Shown here piece after piece: positions 1-12,500 of a stretch of DNA of 64,000 bases. The notes under the pieces were generated by a model. That model was not told where the DNA came from. It searched no databases and saw nothing but the letters and a program-made list of their open reading frames with translations. The translations under genes and the position numbers were made by a program. Origin of the DNA: Mustelus asterias (lineage: Eukaryota); NCBI RefSeq assembly GCF_964213995.1, contig NC_135804.1, forward strand, positions 69,998,001 to 70,062,000, written 5' to 3'. Numbering within the stretch: the stretch's first letter is position 1; every line of letters begins with the position of its first letter.

Positions 1-294
1 TTATACTCTCTCAAGCTGTGATGCATGTTGGAGTGGGAAGCCTCCCTTCTCCGAGTCTTCACATTACAACCCGGTGCATGGCCAGCGCACCTCGTATTTC
101 GTTGGGTATGTTTGTGTCCAATAGCGTGGGACATGTTTTGCCAGTTTTTTTTCTGTAAGCGTGGCTTCACTCTTGCTTTTGAATGATATCAGTTTTATGA
201 GCTGTCGCTTGCATTGGTCATTTCCAGAGATGCCGCACCTGCAAGAAAACTGGACATTTTATGTTAAATGACAGAGTTGTTCGCATTTTCATCC

Positions 295-628
295 ATAGAA
301 CCATAGAATCCCGACAGAGCAGAAGGAGGCCATTCAGCCCATTGATTTTGCACTGATTCTCCGACAGAGTATCCTACCTAGGCCCTATCCCCGTAGCTCC
401 TCATATTTACCCCACTAATGTCCCTAAATTATACATCTTGGGACACTAAGGGGCGATTTAGCATGGCCAATCAACTCAACCCGCATATCTTTGGGCAATT
501 GGTGCAAACCAGAGCACCAGGAGGAAACCCACGTGGAAAAAGTGCAAACTCCACACAGTCACCCAAGGCTGGAATTAAACCCCGGTCCCTGGTGCAGTGA
601 GGCAACAATGCTAACTACCGTGCCACCC
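295..628 (-). mobile_element. HE1-type shark tRNA-derived SINE
   Basis: Minus-strand head GGGTGGCACGGTAG..TTAGCATTGTTGCCTCAC and CR1-like (TTCTATG) tail; many copies in the window. Confidence 0.8.
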
Positions 629-1259
629 ATTGGCACTGAAGGGAGGGACAAGCTATATACATCATAGTGTGAATAATAACAGAGAGAGAAATGGATGATG
701 AAAGTGGTCTCAGATTGTCATGCAGAGTGTGAAATACAAGTAAGAAAGGACAAGGGTAGAAGTTGTTAAGAAAACGTGTGCGGCACCTCCACCAGAGCGT
801 CCATTTCAACACTATGATGATTTTGCCCCTGCCTATGTTACGTACCGGGAACACAATGTGCTGGCGGACTCGGCACCATCAGTCACAGCCTCTCGCAATG
901 TGCTCTTCACAACCTTCTGCAGAAAAGAGGGAATATGTTCGTGACAACTTTCGTAAGTGTTGTGTCCATGTTCTTTTCAAAGATGATTAATTTCTATCCT
1001 ATACGGGACGCGTTAGAAGGAAGTGCAGTTTGTAATAGTGCTGAGAACGTGAGGGCTAGTTTGAACAGCAGGAAAAGGCAGTGGGATGAAGCCCACTGCA
1101 GAGACTGGAGGGCAGTGAAGGGTACGGTGCAATATGGGGAGCCAGGTTGGAGGTGATGGAGGTGTGAACAGAGAGAAATAGAGCAATATTCGTATTTCAG
1201 CTACTCTATTGTTTAAACGCTCATCCAAGTCATAGTCGCTTCCAGGCCTGGCTATTTTA

Positions 1260-1750
1260 CTATATTCCTAACCAGCTTCCCAGTCATCCAAAACTATCCT
1301 ATGCTTCAGGCCAAGTCCCCTTCGCCTATCATGCCTGCACTCAGCAGCCTCCACTGGCTCCGGTTAGAATAGGCAACATCGCCAAGACATTTGTATTATC
1401 CATGTTTTCAAATCCTCCTTAGCCCCATTTTTCATAACATTCCCTCGGCCCACAACCTGCACTCTTTTCTCTGTATCATTCCTCGTTTAATTTTTGCAAT
1501 ACTGGCAGCCGTGCCTTCAGCTGCCGTGTTCACAATCGTTCGAAGGCGCTACCTAAATATTCCCACCTCTCTATCACGTGCTCGTTTTTTAAGACCTTTC
1601 TTGCAGTCTAATATTCAGATGGAACTTTTGGTCATCTCTGTGTGATCTTATGCGATTCATTGTCAAGGTTTTGGGTTATAATAGTCCAGTGAAGCACTTT
1701 GGAGCGTTTTGTGGCTTTAACAGCGCTACATAAATGCAAACGATTGTCAC
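1260..1750 (+). mobile_element. Degraded L2-like LINE 3' end
   Basis: CTCCACTGGCTCC (LHWL) motif and L2-type tail GCGCTACATAAATGCAA. Confidence 0.5.
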
Positions 1751-1779
1751 TGGTCGTGGTGGAGGCTGTAGTATTGAGA

Positions 1780-1980
1780 ACTCTGTTGAGGTCTTTGAAC
1801 AATTTGTGGTATTGCAGCCAGTCTGACGATCTAAGCTCCTAGCAGTAACCTCCACTGTAACCTCTTCCCACTGACAGAGGACGGGGAAGAATATATCTCG
1901 GTTGCGCATCATTTGGATCAGGTGCCCGTAAAGCGCACCAGACAATCTGCGGATCCAACGAGCTGGCCCAGGAGCCATGT
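1780..1980 (-). mobile_element. Possible Harbinger-derived Myb/SANT-like fragment
   Basis: Translation RNRDIFFP..QWEEVTVEVTARS resembles Harbinger Myb/SANT ORFs; short and degenerate. Confidence 0.3.
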
Positions 1981-2198
1981 CTTTATCCAGAAATCTTTCA
2001 TTTTGTTGCGGACACATTGAAATAACTCCACGGAGGCAAAACTCCCGTCACCAAGCTTCTTTATTTACAAGCTATAATATATATACAGAGAGCTAGCACT
2101 CCGGGTAGCTTTCTGCAATGGCAGGCTGAGAGACTGTCACACCTGCTTTAAATAGAGAGCTTGAGGCTCCCTGATTGAGCCATCAATTAGGACTCATC

Positions 2199-3005
2199 AA
2201 ATAAACAAAATCAACTTAGCTTAGGGACAACTCAAAAAGGGCAGTTCCCTAAAAGGAAGGGAACCCCTGAAACAAGAAACAAAGTGGGAAGGAAACTTAA
2301 AACATCAAATTAAAATGTGATTAAACGGGTAGGGCTCATCAGATATTTATTTTAGTGTTCCAACCAAATAAACGAAATCAAATTAACTTAGGGACAACTC
2401 AAAAAGGGCAGCTCCCTAAAAGGAGGGGAACCTCCCGAAACAGAAAACAAAGTGGAAAGGAAACTTAAAACATCAAATTAAAATGTGATTAAAGGGGTAG
2501 GACTCATCAGGTGTATCTTTTCAATACCAACCAAATAAACGAACTCAAATTAACTTAGGGACAAATTAAAAGGGGCAGCTCCCCAAAAGAAGAGGGAACA
2601 GTCCGAACCAATAAGCAAAGTCGAAAGGAAACTTAAAACATCAAACTAAAATGTGATTATCGGGTCGATAATAAAATGTTGGCGACAGCACAAGTCAGGT
2701 ATCGCTTTTCATACCAACCAAATAAACGACACAGCACAAGTCAGGTATCTTTTTTAAGGTACCAACTTAATAAACAAACTCAAATTAACTGAGGGACAAA
2801 TTGAAAGGGGCAGCTCCCCAAAAGGAGGGGGAACAGCCCGAACCAAAACCAAATCACAAAGGAAACTTAAAACATCAAATCATAATGTGGTTATCAGGGT
2901 TGATAATGCACCCCAGCCCCTGCGGTGCCCAGCGGGCGCGGAAGGCGTCAACTGCGCCCGTGGACACCTCGTGCTCCCTCTCCAGGGACACCTGGTCGTG
3001 AATAT
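2199..3005 (-). mobile_element. Tandem stack of 5'-truncated Tx1 (L1-clade) 3' ends
   Basis: Four copies (plus a stub) of the 3' UTR also seen at 17204 and 29204, separated by repeated TAGG(A/G)CTCATCA and CAGC(A/G)CAAGTCAG target-like words. Confidence 0.8.
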
Positions 3006-3483
3006 AACAGCGCAAGTCAGTTAGCTCATACTCTCGCAAGCAATGTCATTAGCCATCATCATCACACACATACAACTCCAAATTAGGAAGAGCTAGTTAT
3101 GTTTAATAATGTCAGTGGAACCATATTTGTTTAATAATGTCAGTGGAACCATATTTGATCCCCTCTGCAAATAGATGTCCGTCAATCGAATGGCTGGCCA
3201 TCCGGGAAAGGAACCTTTGTGCATTCGACTTGAGAGGCGACAAGGAGCTCACACAAAACTAAAGCCTATAATGATAGTGAAAAAGCCATTCTACTGGCTG
3301 GAATCACAACAGACACAAAACAAAATAATTGCGATTATTGGAGGATAATCATCGACAGTCCGGGTCATATATAAGCCAGTTGCTCTGGGGAGTATATTTC
3401 CACGATGAGTGAGATCAGAAGTGGGGCTGAAAGTTGCAGAATGTTCAATTCCAGCTTCGATTCCTCATCAGTAAGACCTGCAG

Positions 3484-3797
3484 GCCGAGGCGCATCAGTA
3501 ACCCAAGTGCCACCCGTAACCCCTTCTAACCGAGGAGAGGATGTGATCCTAAAAATGATATTCAGTGGCATTGCCATCGCCGAATGTCTCATTGTACATA
3601 TGACGGACAGATCAGGCTATCGGTATCCGTCGGCCAATATCCGCATTGCTACAGCTGCAAAAGCACTCAACAACTTCAACAATACCCATAAAACAACATT
3701 CCCTTTGATGAGTAACCCATCCATTAGCATTAACATTCGCACCGTTCACTGCCTGCGTACTCTGACGACAGTGGCACAAAACTGATGATCCTATTAG
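3484..3797 (+). pseudogene. Degenerate VJ-type Ig-domain exon
   Basis: CTGCAG acceptor, phase 1, then GRGASVTQVPPVTPSNRGEDVILK (V-set A/B strands); J-like SGTKLMI at the end in another frame; B-strand Cys and Trp lost. Confidence 0.5.
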
Positions 3798-3954
3798 TTA
3801 TCCATTTTTAGAAGATTCTGGTTCCACTGTTGTCCAGGCCACAGTACATTAGATACGTTTTCGATGAGGAGGCGGGTGTGTGTTGGCAATGACAAGCCAT
3901 CTGTCGACAGACTGTTTGGGACAGGCAAATGCAAGTTGATGAATCACCATGGCA

Positions 3955-6942
3955 ACTTCAATCACAACTTAATGTTCCAGGGTACAGATGCTATCGGAAA
4001 GATAGAACAGGAGGTAAGAGAGGAGAGGGAGTTGCACTTTTGATTAGGGAAAGCATCACGGCCGTACTGAGAAGGGATATATCCGAGGGTTCGGCCACTG
4101 AGTCTATATGGGTAGAACTGAGAAATAAGAAGGGGGAAATCACTTTGATAGGGTTGTACTATAGGCCCCCAAATAATCAGCAGGAAATTGAGGAGCAAAT
4201 ATGTAAGGAGATTACAGATAGTTCCAAGAAAAATAGGGTGGTAATAGTTGGAGATTTTAATTTTCCCAACATTGACTAGGAAAGCCATAGTATTAGAGGG
4301 TTGGATGGAGAGAAATTTGTTGAGTGCATTCAGGAGGAATTTCTCATTCAGTATGTGGATGGCCCGACTAGGGGGGGGGGGGGGGGGGGGGGCAAAACTT
4401 GACCTCTTCTTGGGAAATAAGGAAGGGCAGGTGACAGAAGTGTTAGTGACGGATCACTTTGGGACCAGTGACCATAATTCTATTAGTTTTAAGATAGCTA
4501 TGGAGAATGATAGGTCTGTCCCAAAAGTTAATATTCTAAATTGGGGCAAGGCCAATTTTGATGGTATCCGGCAGGAACTTTCTAAAGTTAATTGGGGAAG
4601 TCTGTGGGATGGAAAAGGGACGTCTGGTAAGTGGCATGCTTTCAAAAGTGTGTTAAGCAGGGTTGTCCCTCTGGACACTTTTGTATCTTTCCCCTCTCAC
4701 CTTAAACCTATGCCCTCTAGTTTTAGACTCCCCTACCTTTCCTCTTGGAGTGAAGGGCAAGGCTGGCAGAAGTCGGGAACCCTGGATGACTCGGGATATT
4801 GAGGCCCTGGTCAAGAAGACGAAAGAGGCACATGATGTGTATAGGTAGCTGGGATCAAGTGAATCTCTTGAAGAGAATAGGGAGTATAGGAGTAGAGTTA
4901 AGAAATAAATCAGGAGGGCAAAAAGGGGACACAAAATTGTTTTGGCAGATAAGGCAAAGGAGAATCCAAAGAGCTTCTACAAATACATAAAGGGCAAAAG
5001 AGTAACAAGGGAGAGAATAGGGCCTCTTAAGGATCAACAAGGTAATCTATGTGCGGGTCCACAAGACAAGAGATGGGTGAGATCCTAAATGAATATTTCT
5101 CATCAGTATTTACCGTTGAGAAAAGCATGGATGTTAGGGAACTTGGGGAAATAAATATTGATGTCTTGAGGAGTGTACATATTACAGAGAGGGAGGTGCT
5201 GGAAGTCTTAAAGCGCATCAAGGTAGATAAATCTGAGGGACCTGATGAGGTATATCCCAGGACGTGGTGGGAGGCTAGGGAGGAAATTACAGGTCCCCTA
5301 CCCGAGCTATTTGAATCATCGATAGTCACGGGTGAGGTGCCTGAAGATTGGAGAGTGGCAAATGTTGTGCCTTTGTTTAAAAAGGGCTGCAGGGAAAAGC
5401 CTGGGAACTACAGGCCAGTGAGCCTCATATCTGTGGTGGGTAAATTGTTGGAAGGTATTTTGAGAGACAGGATCTACAGACATTTAGAGATGCAAGGACT
5501 GATTAGGGACAGTCAGCATTGCTTTGTGAGTGGAAAATCATGTCTCACAAATTTAATTGAGTTTTTTGAAGGGGTAACCAAGAAGGTAGATGAGGGCAGT
5601 GCAGTTCATGTTGTCAACGTGGACTTTAGCAAGGCCTTTGACAAGGTACCGCATGGTAGGTTGTTGCATAAAGTTAAATCTCACGGGATCCAGGGTGAGG
5701 TATCTAAATGGATACGCAATTGGCTTCTTGACAGAAGCCAGAGGGTGGTTGTAGAGAATTATTTTTCAAACTGGAGGCCTGTGACCAGCAGTGTGCCTCA
5801 GGGATCAGTGCTGGGCCCACTGTTATTTGTCATTTATATTAATGGTTTGGATGAGAATATAGGGGGTATGGTTAGTAAGTTTGCAGGTGACACCAAGATT
5901 GGTGGCATGGTGGACAGTGAGGAAGGTTAATGCCAATTGCAGCGGAATCTTGATCAATTGGGCCAGTGGGCTGATGAATGGCAGATGGAGATTAATTTAG
6001 ACAAATGCGAGGTAATGCATTTTGGTAGATTGAACCAGGGCAGCACTAACTCAGTTAATGGTAGGGCGTTGGGGAGAGTTACAGAACAAAGATATCATAG
6101 AAGAATCATAGAAACCCTACAGCACAGAAAGAGGCCATTCGGCCCATCGAGTCTGCACCGACTGCAATCCCACCCAGGCTCTCCCCCCATATCCCTACAT
6201 ATTTACCCACTAATCCCTCTAACCTACGCATCTCAGGACACTAAGGGCAATTTTAGCATGGCCAATCAACCTAACCCGCACATCTTTGGACATCTCTAGG
6301 GGTACATGTTCATAGCTCCTTGAAAGTGGAGTCACAGGTGGACAGAATGATGAAGAAGGTATTCGGCATGCTTGGTTTCATTGGTCAGAACATTGAATAC
6401 AGGAGTTGGGACGTCTTCTTAAAGTTGTACAAGACATTGGTAAGGCCACACTTGGAATACTGTGGGCAATCCTGGTCACCCTATTATAGAAAGGATATTA
6501 TTAAACTAGAAAGAGTGCAGAAAAGATTTACTAGGATGCTACCGGGACTTGATGGATTGAGTTGTAAGGAGAGGCTGAATAGACTGGGCCTTTTTTCTTC
6601 GGAGCGTAGGAGGCTGAGGGATGATCTTATAGAGGTCTATAAAATAATGAGGGCATAGACAAGGTAGACAGTCAATATCTTTTCCCAAAGGCAGGGGTGT
6701 CTAAAACTAGAGGGCATAGGTTTAAGGTGAGAGGGGAGAGATACAAAAGTGTCCAGAGGGACAATTTCTTCACACAGAGGGTGGCGAGTGTCCGGAACAA
6801 GCTACCAGAGGTAGTAGTAGAGGCGAGGCCAAATGCGGGCAATTGGGATTAGTTTAGGGGTTTAAAAAAAAAGGGCGGCATGGACAAATTGGGCCAAAGG
6901 GCCTGCTTCCATGCTGTAAACCTCTATGACTCTGTGACTCTA
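3955..6942 (+). mobile_element. CR1 LINE ORF2 (endonuclease + RT), disrupted
   Basis: GDFNFP, PGNYRPVSL, DFSKAFDKVPH, VPQGSVLGP, RPHLEYC; internal stops; (CTATGACT) tail. Confidence 0.95.
6096..6292 (-). mobile_element. Partial HE1-type SINE nested in CR1
   Basis: AGAATCATAGAAACCCTACAG...CCGCACATCTTTGGAC interrupts the RT frame. Confidence 0.8.
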
Positions 6943-6955
6943 ACTCACATTGAAC

Positions 6956-7537
6956 TGTAAGGGGAAAAATACAAGGGAGCACACTTTAAAATGGCTGCCT
7001 GGCAATAAAGGGTTAACAGGGAAAGAAGCCAAAAAAGCAGTCACAGGCTCCTGCTGTTCAGAAATCACTTTAAATCAAAACCTAACAGACAAGCCATTTC
7101 CAAATCACAGACAGTGACTCATAGAAAACAAACACCTCAGGAAGCCAAGCCAAGGGTCAAAACATCTTTTAAGATAAGGAAAACCCGAAACAAAGAGCTT
7201 AGATTAATGTTAGGGAAGCGCGGGAAAATATGAATGCGAGGAAACCAATTAGCACCTGAATGAGACGAAACTGACCATTGACAGATACAGACATGAGGAA
7301 ATATACCCATTCACATTATGTTAAATGTCTATACCTGCTTGTACTCACTTAAACGATGTGATAATGTTCGAATCACCGGTTTACCTATTGTGTAAAGGGT
7401 ATAAAAATGAACCGCTCCCGACATACTAGTGACAAAAGGTGTTCTTCGATCTTGTGCCTTAACTCCCGGAGCTCCGTTTAATAAATCGTATTTTCTGAAT
7501 CTCGAAGTCTGACTACTAGTGGATTTTTCCCACAACA
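6956..7537 (+). repeat. ERV 5' LTR (582 bp)
   Basis: TGTAAGGGG...CCCACAACA, direct repeat of 15432-16074; TATAAAA at 7400, AATAAA at 7480. Confidence 0.95.
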
Positions 7538-7539
7538 AT

Positions 7540-7557
7540 TGGCATAGTCGGCAGGAT
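7540..7557 (+). promoter_or_regulatory. Primer-binding site complementary to tRNA-Ser
   Basis: TGGCATAGTCGGCAGGAT matches the complement of the vertebrate tRNA-Ser(AGA) 3' end (TGGCGTAGTCGGCAGGAT) at 17/18, 2 nt after the LTR. Confidence 0.85.
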
Positions 7558-8221
7558 CCTATTACTGGTGAGACCGATTGGCCACGGTCGCAACCGGGGT
7601 AGAGATCACGGAATCTGTGACAGTCGGACTGGATCAGAAAATATGGTTTATAAGGGGAAATATTTGTACTGTGTATTTGTGATAGTATTTTGTTATAGGG
7701 ATAAGTACTAACTGCTGATAGCAACTGTGATTTGTGCTGATCGACAAAAGGACAAGGTAGTGCCTGTCTCAAAACCTCTGCCTTAGACTGGCTATTAAGA
7801 GCAGAAATCTGCCACGTGAAGGTCAGGAATTGAAGTGAGTGAGAGACACCAAGGGCACTAAATGATTGTGAAGCACAAAAGGGCAGAAGTCGGTTTAACA
7901 TCACCCTCTGTAGTGGCGAACAGACGCAGAGGTGCCAGCTGATTGCATGAAAGTATTGAAAAGTTGAGAACTGTACTGTCAATGTTGTGAAAAGCGGGGC
8001 GGAACAGGAGTTTGATCAACTCTGACCTAAACCGGACTCTGGTGGAGAAGCACATTGCCGAAGTGGTAATCGTGGAAGCCGTGAGTATAACTTGAAACCC
8101 TGTAACGGCAGTGAAACACGGTGTGAGAATAGCAATAGTGGCCAGGGGTAGTGAAGTCCCTACGGTAGAGAGCACACTTTACTAAAGAATAATCGTGGCC
8201 GGGGTTAGTGAAATCTGCGAA

Positions 8222-9562
8222 ATGGCAGATAGTGAAGTTAAAAGGGGATCTGCAGGTTCCCTGATTGAAATCTACATGACAGACAGGAAGGAGTTAATAA
8301 AGAGAATGCAAAAGGATGGCTTGGATACTTCTCAAACCTTAGAGCAGCAGAGAAAGTGGATAGATAAGGAAAAAAGAAACAGAATGAAGAAAATAGGAAT
8401 AATGTTAACACATCAGTTAGCAGGTCTAATTGAACAGGTAGTTGCCACTACAAGGAAATGGAGGGAGGATAAAGAAAAAATTAGAGAATTAGAATCCCGA
8501 GTGAGGGAATTGGAAAAACAAAATCAGGTTTTAGAAAGGCAAGGGGGAGGAGAAACTGATCCTCTACCTTCTTATGAGTCTACCCAGCAAGGACCAACCG
8601 ACCGCACCCTCAGAAGAATGGGAACAGCTGGAACACAACTTAGCGCCCATAACTAGAGGGGGGACAGCAGCGCGACCAAAGGCAAATTATAAACCCTTTA
8701 CCCCAGGGGAGAGACAGCAGATAATGGCTTCCCTGGGCAAATTACAAACTAGAAGCGCGAACACTACATTCTGGGAAGAATTAGACACAATCTGGGTAGG
8801 ACATCAATTGCACCTAAGAGACGTACACCAGCTGGTCAGGGCAGCCTGTCCAGCGGATAAGTGGAGGCAGGTAGTAGGTGGACCCGCTGCCCCTATAGCA
8901 CAGGATTATAGTGGGGGACGGTGGACACATGTAATCCCCCTAACAGCAGAAATAGATGCCCAACAGGCACCCTTCTTACAGTTCAAAGAAGAAATTCAGA
9001 GGGTCTTAGGGAATGCTCCACTAGCTGGAGCAGAATTACCACCACAAGACAGCTAAAGGGAGAAGGAGCCTCTGAGTACGGGGAACGATTGTTCCGAATA
9101 TACCAAGAGTGCTCAGGACAAGGGAATCCAGGGCGAGGAGATCGAGCGTTCATCCAAGCTTTTAAGGATGGACTCTCTAATGCCCACCAGATCATCCTAA
9201 AAATGGGAGTGATTATGTCCCATAATTATGATGAGCTGGTGGAATGGGCTAGCGGCGTCCCAGGGAAAGATAAACCCCAGGCGAGAGCAAGGTTAGAAAG
9301 AGTAGCAGCCTACAGTAACGGGAGTGGGACAAAACCCAAATTGATTTGCCACAATTGTGGACGACAAGGGCACTTTGCGAGGGATTGCGGGACTCCACGG
9401 AGAAAGAACAAAGCTGGGAACAGTGGTAAGAATTGCAGCCACTGTAATAAACACGGACATACAGAAGCAGTATGTTGGAATAAGCATGGGAGACCCCCAG
9501 CCCAATCCATGTCCCTAGCTGAACTCCAGGAGCAAAAGAACACCCAGGGTCAGCAAGATTGA
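8222..9562 (+). pseudogene. gag: ERV gag with two frameshifts
   Basis: ORFs 8195-8656, 8574-9056, 8921-9562; coiled coil, LPSY, MHR-like RQLKGEGASEY, zinc knuckles CHNCGRQGHFARDC and CSHCNKHGHTEAVC. Confidence 0.9.
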
Positions 9563-12500
9563 CGGTCTGCAGCCCCCGTTCACAAGGGTAAAAAGGAGGG
9601 AAGGATTTATGTGTCAGCACTGGTAGGGGGCAGACAATGCGAGATGCTAGTGGACACAGGGGCATCCATATCGGTTACCGACCTACCCTTACCCACTACA
9701 AATAAAATGATTTATCTGACCGGGATAGGAGGGAACAAAACACCCGCCTACCTGAGCGAGACCACGTTAGTAGAAATAAATAATCTATATATCCCAATGA
9801 AGTTCTATGTATGTAGAAATAACGAGGGAACCATAATGGGTAACGATTTAATGAAAGAATATGAGATCTTGATAGACTGTGGGAAGGGAGAATTAATTTG
9901 GCCAAGACAGGACAGTCGAAAAACTAGAATAGGGAAACTCACAAGTCACCTCGAGACCATTAAAGTGGCTACAGTCACCACCAGAAAATGGGAGTTAGAG
10001 ACAGGAGTGTTCGGAGCCATTTGTGCTTCCGTTCCCGGAGTATGGGCTGAAACAAAGTTAGATACCGGTTTAACCAAAACGGACCCAATAAAGGTACCGG
10101 GACCAGAGCATAAGCCACACCGGCAGTACCCGATCAAACCAGAAGCAGAGAAAGCTGTAGTACAAATTGTTAAAGGGTTAGTGGAAAAGGGGATCCTGAG
10201 AGAAGCCACAAGCACCACTAACTCCCCAACATGGCCAGTGAGTAAACCTGACGGGAGGTATAGGCTCACGATAGATTACAACGGACTTAATAAAGTCACG
10301 TCCAAACTGCACCCCATTGTAGCAAGCCCTTCAACAATCCTGAATGGACTGTCACAGGAGCATAAAATATTTACAGTACTGGACATAGCTAATGGATTCT
10401 GGTCCTTACCATTGGATCCTGAATCCCAAGACAAATTTGCATTTACAGTAGGGGACAAGCAATACACCTGGACCCGTTTACCACAGGGATTCCACAACAG
10501 CCCCGCTATATTTCATCGAGTAATGAGTGATATCCTAAACAGGGTAGAGCTGCCAGAGGGTAACACGACCTTACAATATGTAGACGACATCCTAATAGCT
10601 TCAGAGTCCAAGTCAGGACATCAAGAAGCCTTATATTTAGTACTGAACGAATTAAAAGCCGCAGGGTTAAAGGTCAGCCCCAAAAAGGCGCAGATCGGGA
10701 AATCACAGGTCCTATACCTAGGGCACCTTATATCCCAAGGACTTAAAGAAATGATGGCGGACAGGAAAGAGGCAAAACAACAGATGCCGCGGCTGGTTAG
10801 CATAAGAGGGGTTAGAAAGGTGCTAGGACTATTCAACTACAGTCGGAGTTTCATCCAAGGGTTCTCAAATCTCGCAGAACCCATACAGAGACTCGTTAAA
10901 GGGGGGAAGCCAGCTTTAGACCCCGTAGAGTGGGGACCCGAGCAAGAAGAAGCTTACACTAAATTAAAAACAGGACTAATATCAGCCCCTGGACTAGGCT
11001 TACCCGATCTTAACAAAGACTTCCACATTCATTGTAATAATGAGGAAGGGTTCTATTCCGCAATAGTAACACAGGACCATGGCGACAGAAAGAGACCCAT
11101 AGGATATTATTCCACCGGAGAGGGGCCGGTAGTTACCGGACTGCCAAGGTGCATAGCCGCCTTGGATTGTGCCGCCTGGGCCATAAAGGTTAGCGAGCCA
11201 GTAATCATGACAGGGAATATAATCCTCCACACCAAACACACCTTGGTGGAAATGCTGAACACAGGAAAACTAAAGTCAGTCTCCAACATGAGAAGGGCTA
11301 AATGCGAAGCTGTCCTCCTACCTCCCAGCAAGTCCGTAACAATAATAAGGGATACGGGAAATAACCCAGCAGAAGGAATCTTAGATGAAGGAGAACCCCA
11401 CAATTGTGGGGATGTGGATGTGGGAGAAGGGGAAGGTAGGATAAAGGATATGCCCCTGGTAACAGCGGAAGAGACCCTCTTTGTGGATGGGTCACGCAAA
11501 TATGTGGAAGGATCACCCCAGACAGGATGGGCAGTAGTAAATGATAAATTAGAAACAGTGAGGTCAGGAAGAATTGACGGAAGCTTGTCCGCACAAGTGG
11601 CAGAACTGGTGGCGCTCACCCAGGCACTTGAGTTATCCAAGGGTAAAGCGGTAAACATTTATTCAGACAGCCGCTATGCCTTTGGAGTCATACATGATTA
11701 TATGACAGCTTGGGGAAGGAGAGGGTTCATAACCACAGGGGGAACCCCTATCAAGCACCAGCAGAGAATTGAGGCATTATTGAGAGCTAGCGAGAGACCT
11801 AGAGAAGCCGCAGTAATAAAAATTAAAGCGCACCAGAAAGAGCCCGGAAGAGATAGCCCAGACTGGTTAAATTTCAAAGGAAACCAAGCCGCAGATAGGG
11901 CAGCACAGTTTGCCCTAGAGCAGGAAATGATTGATGAATTGCCATTAGCAGCAATAGAACCAACAGAAGCCAAAGTAGACATTCAGGGTTTGCATGAGGA
12001 TACCCCAAGGGAAAAAAAGGAGAAATGGGAAGCTCAGGGAGCAGTTAAGGAGACCGATGACATTTGGAGACGAGAAGATAAGGTAATAGCACCAGAGTGC
12101 ATACAAAACACCCTATTGGGGTTACATCATGGACTCTCACATGTGGGTAGAGAGGCCATGATAACTAATATTGGGAAGGAATGGTGGTGGAAAGGAATGG
12201 GAAAAGATATTGCCCGACACTGTCACCAATGCGTAATGTGCACGCAACACAACCCTGGTAGACCCATAAAAATTAAAATGGGACACCAGCCGAGACCCAA
12301 GGGACCCTGGGAACATCTACAACTAGATTTTACAGGACCACTACCACAGTCCCATGGCAAGGTTTACTGTCTGGTCATCATAGACCAGGTCACCAGGTGG
12401 GTGGAAGCGTTCCCGACTTCAAACTGCTCTGCTACCGCAGTGGCCAGGATATTGGCAGAGGAGGTAATCCCAAGATGGGGGGTACCCCTACAAATTGATT

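Noticed and set aside
843-916. Small minus-strand exon (TTTTCTGCAG acceptor, GTACGT donor)
   Set aside because: No recognisable protein and no partner exons in the window.
2199-3005. CRISPR-like repeat array
   Set aside because: Units are long Tx1 3' UTRs in a eukaryotic genome.
3099-3157. 29-bp tandem duplication
   Set aside because: Simple local slippage with no functional sign.
4371-4392. Poly-G giving a Gly run
   Set aside because: Homopolymer expansion in a dead CR1.
7329-7982. 217-aa antisense ORF over LTR/leader
   Set aside because: Non-ATG start, no recognisable motif; no support for coding.
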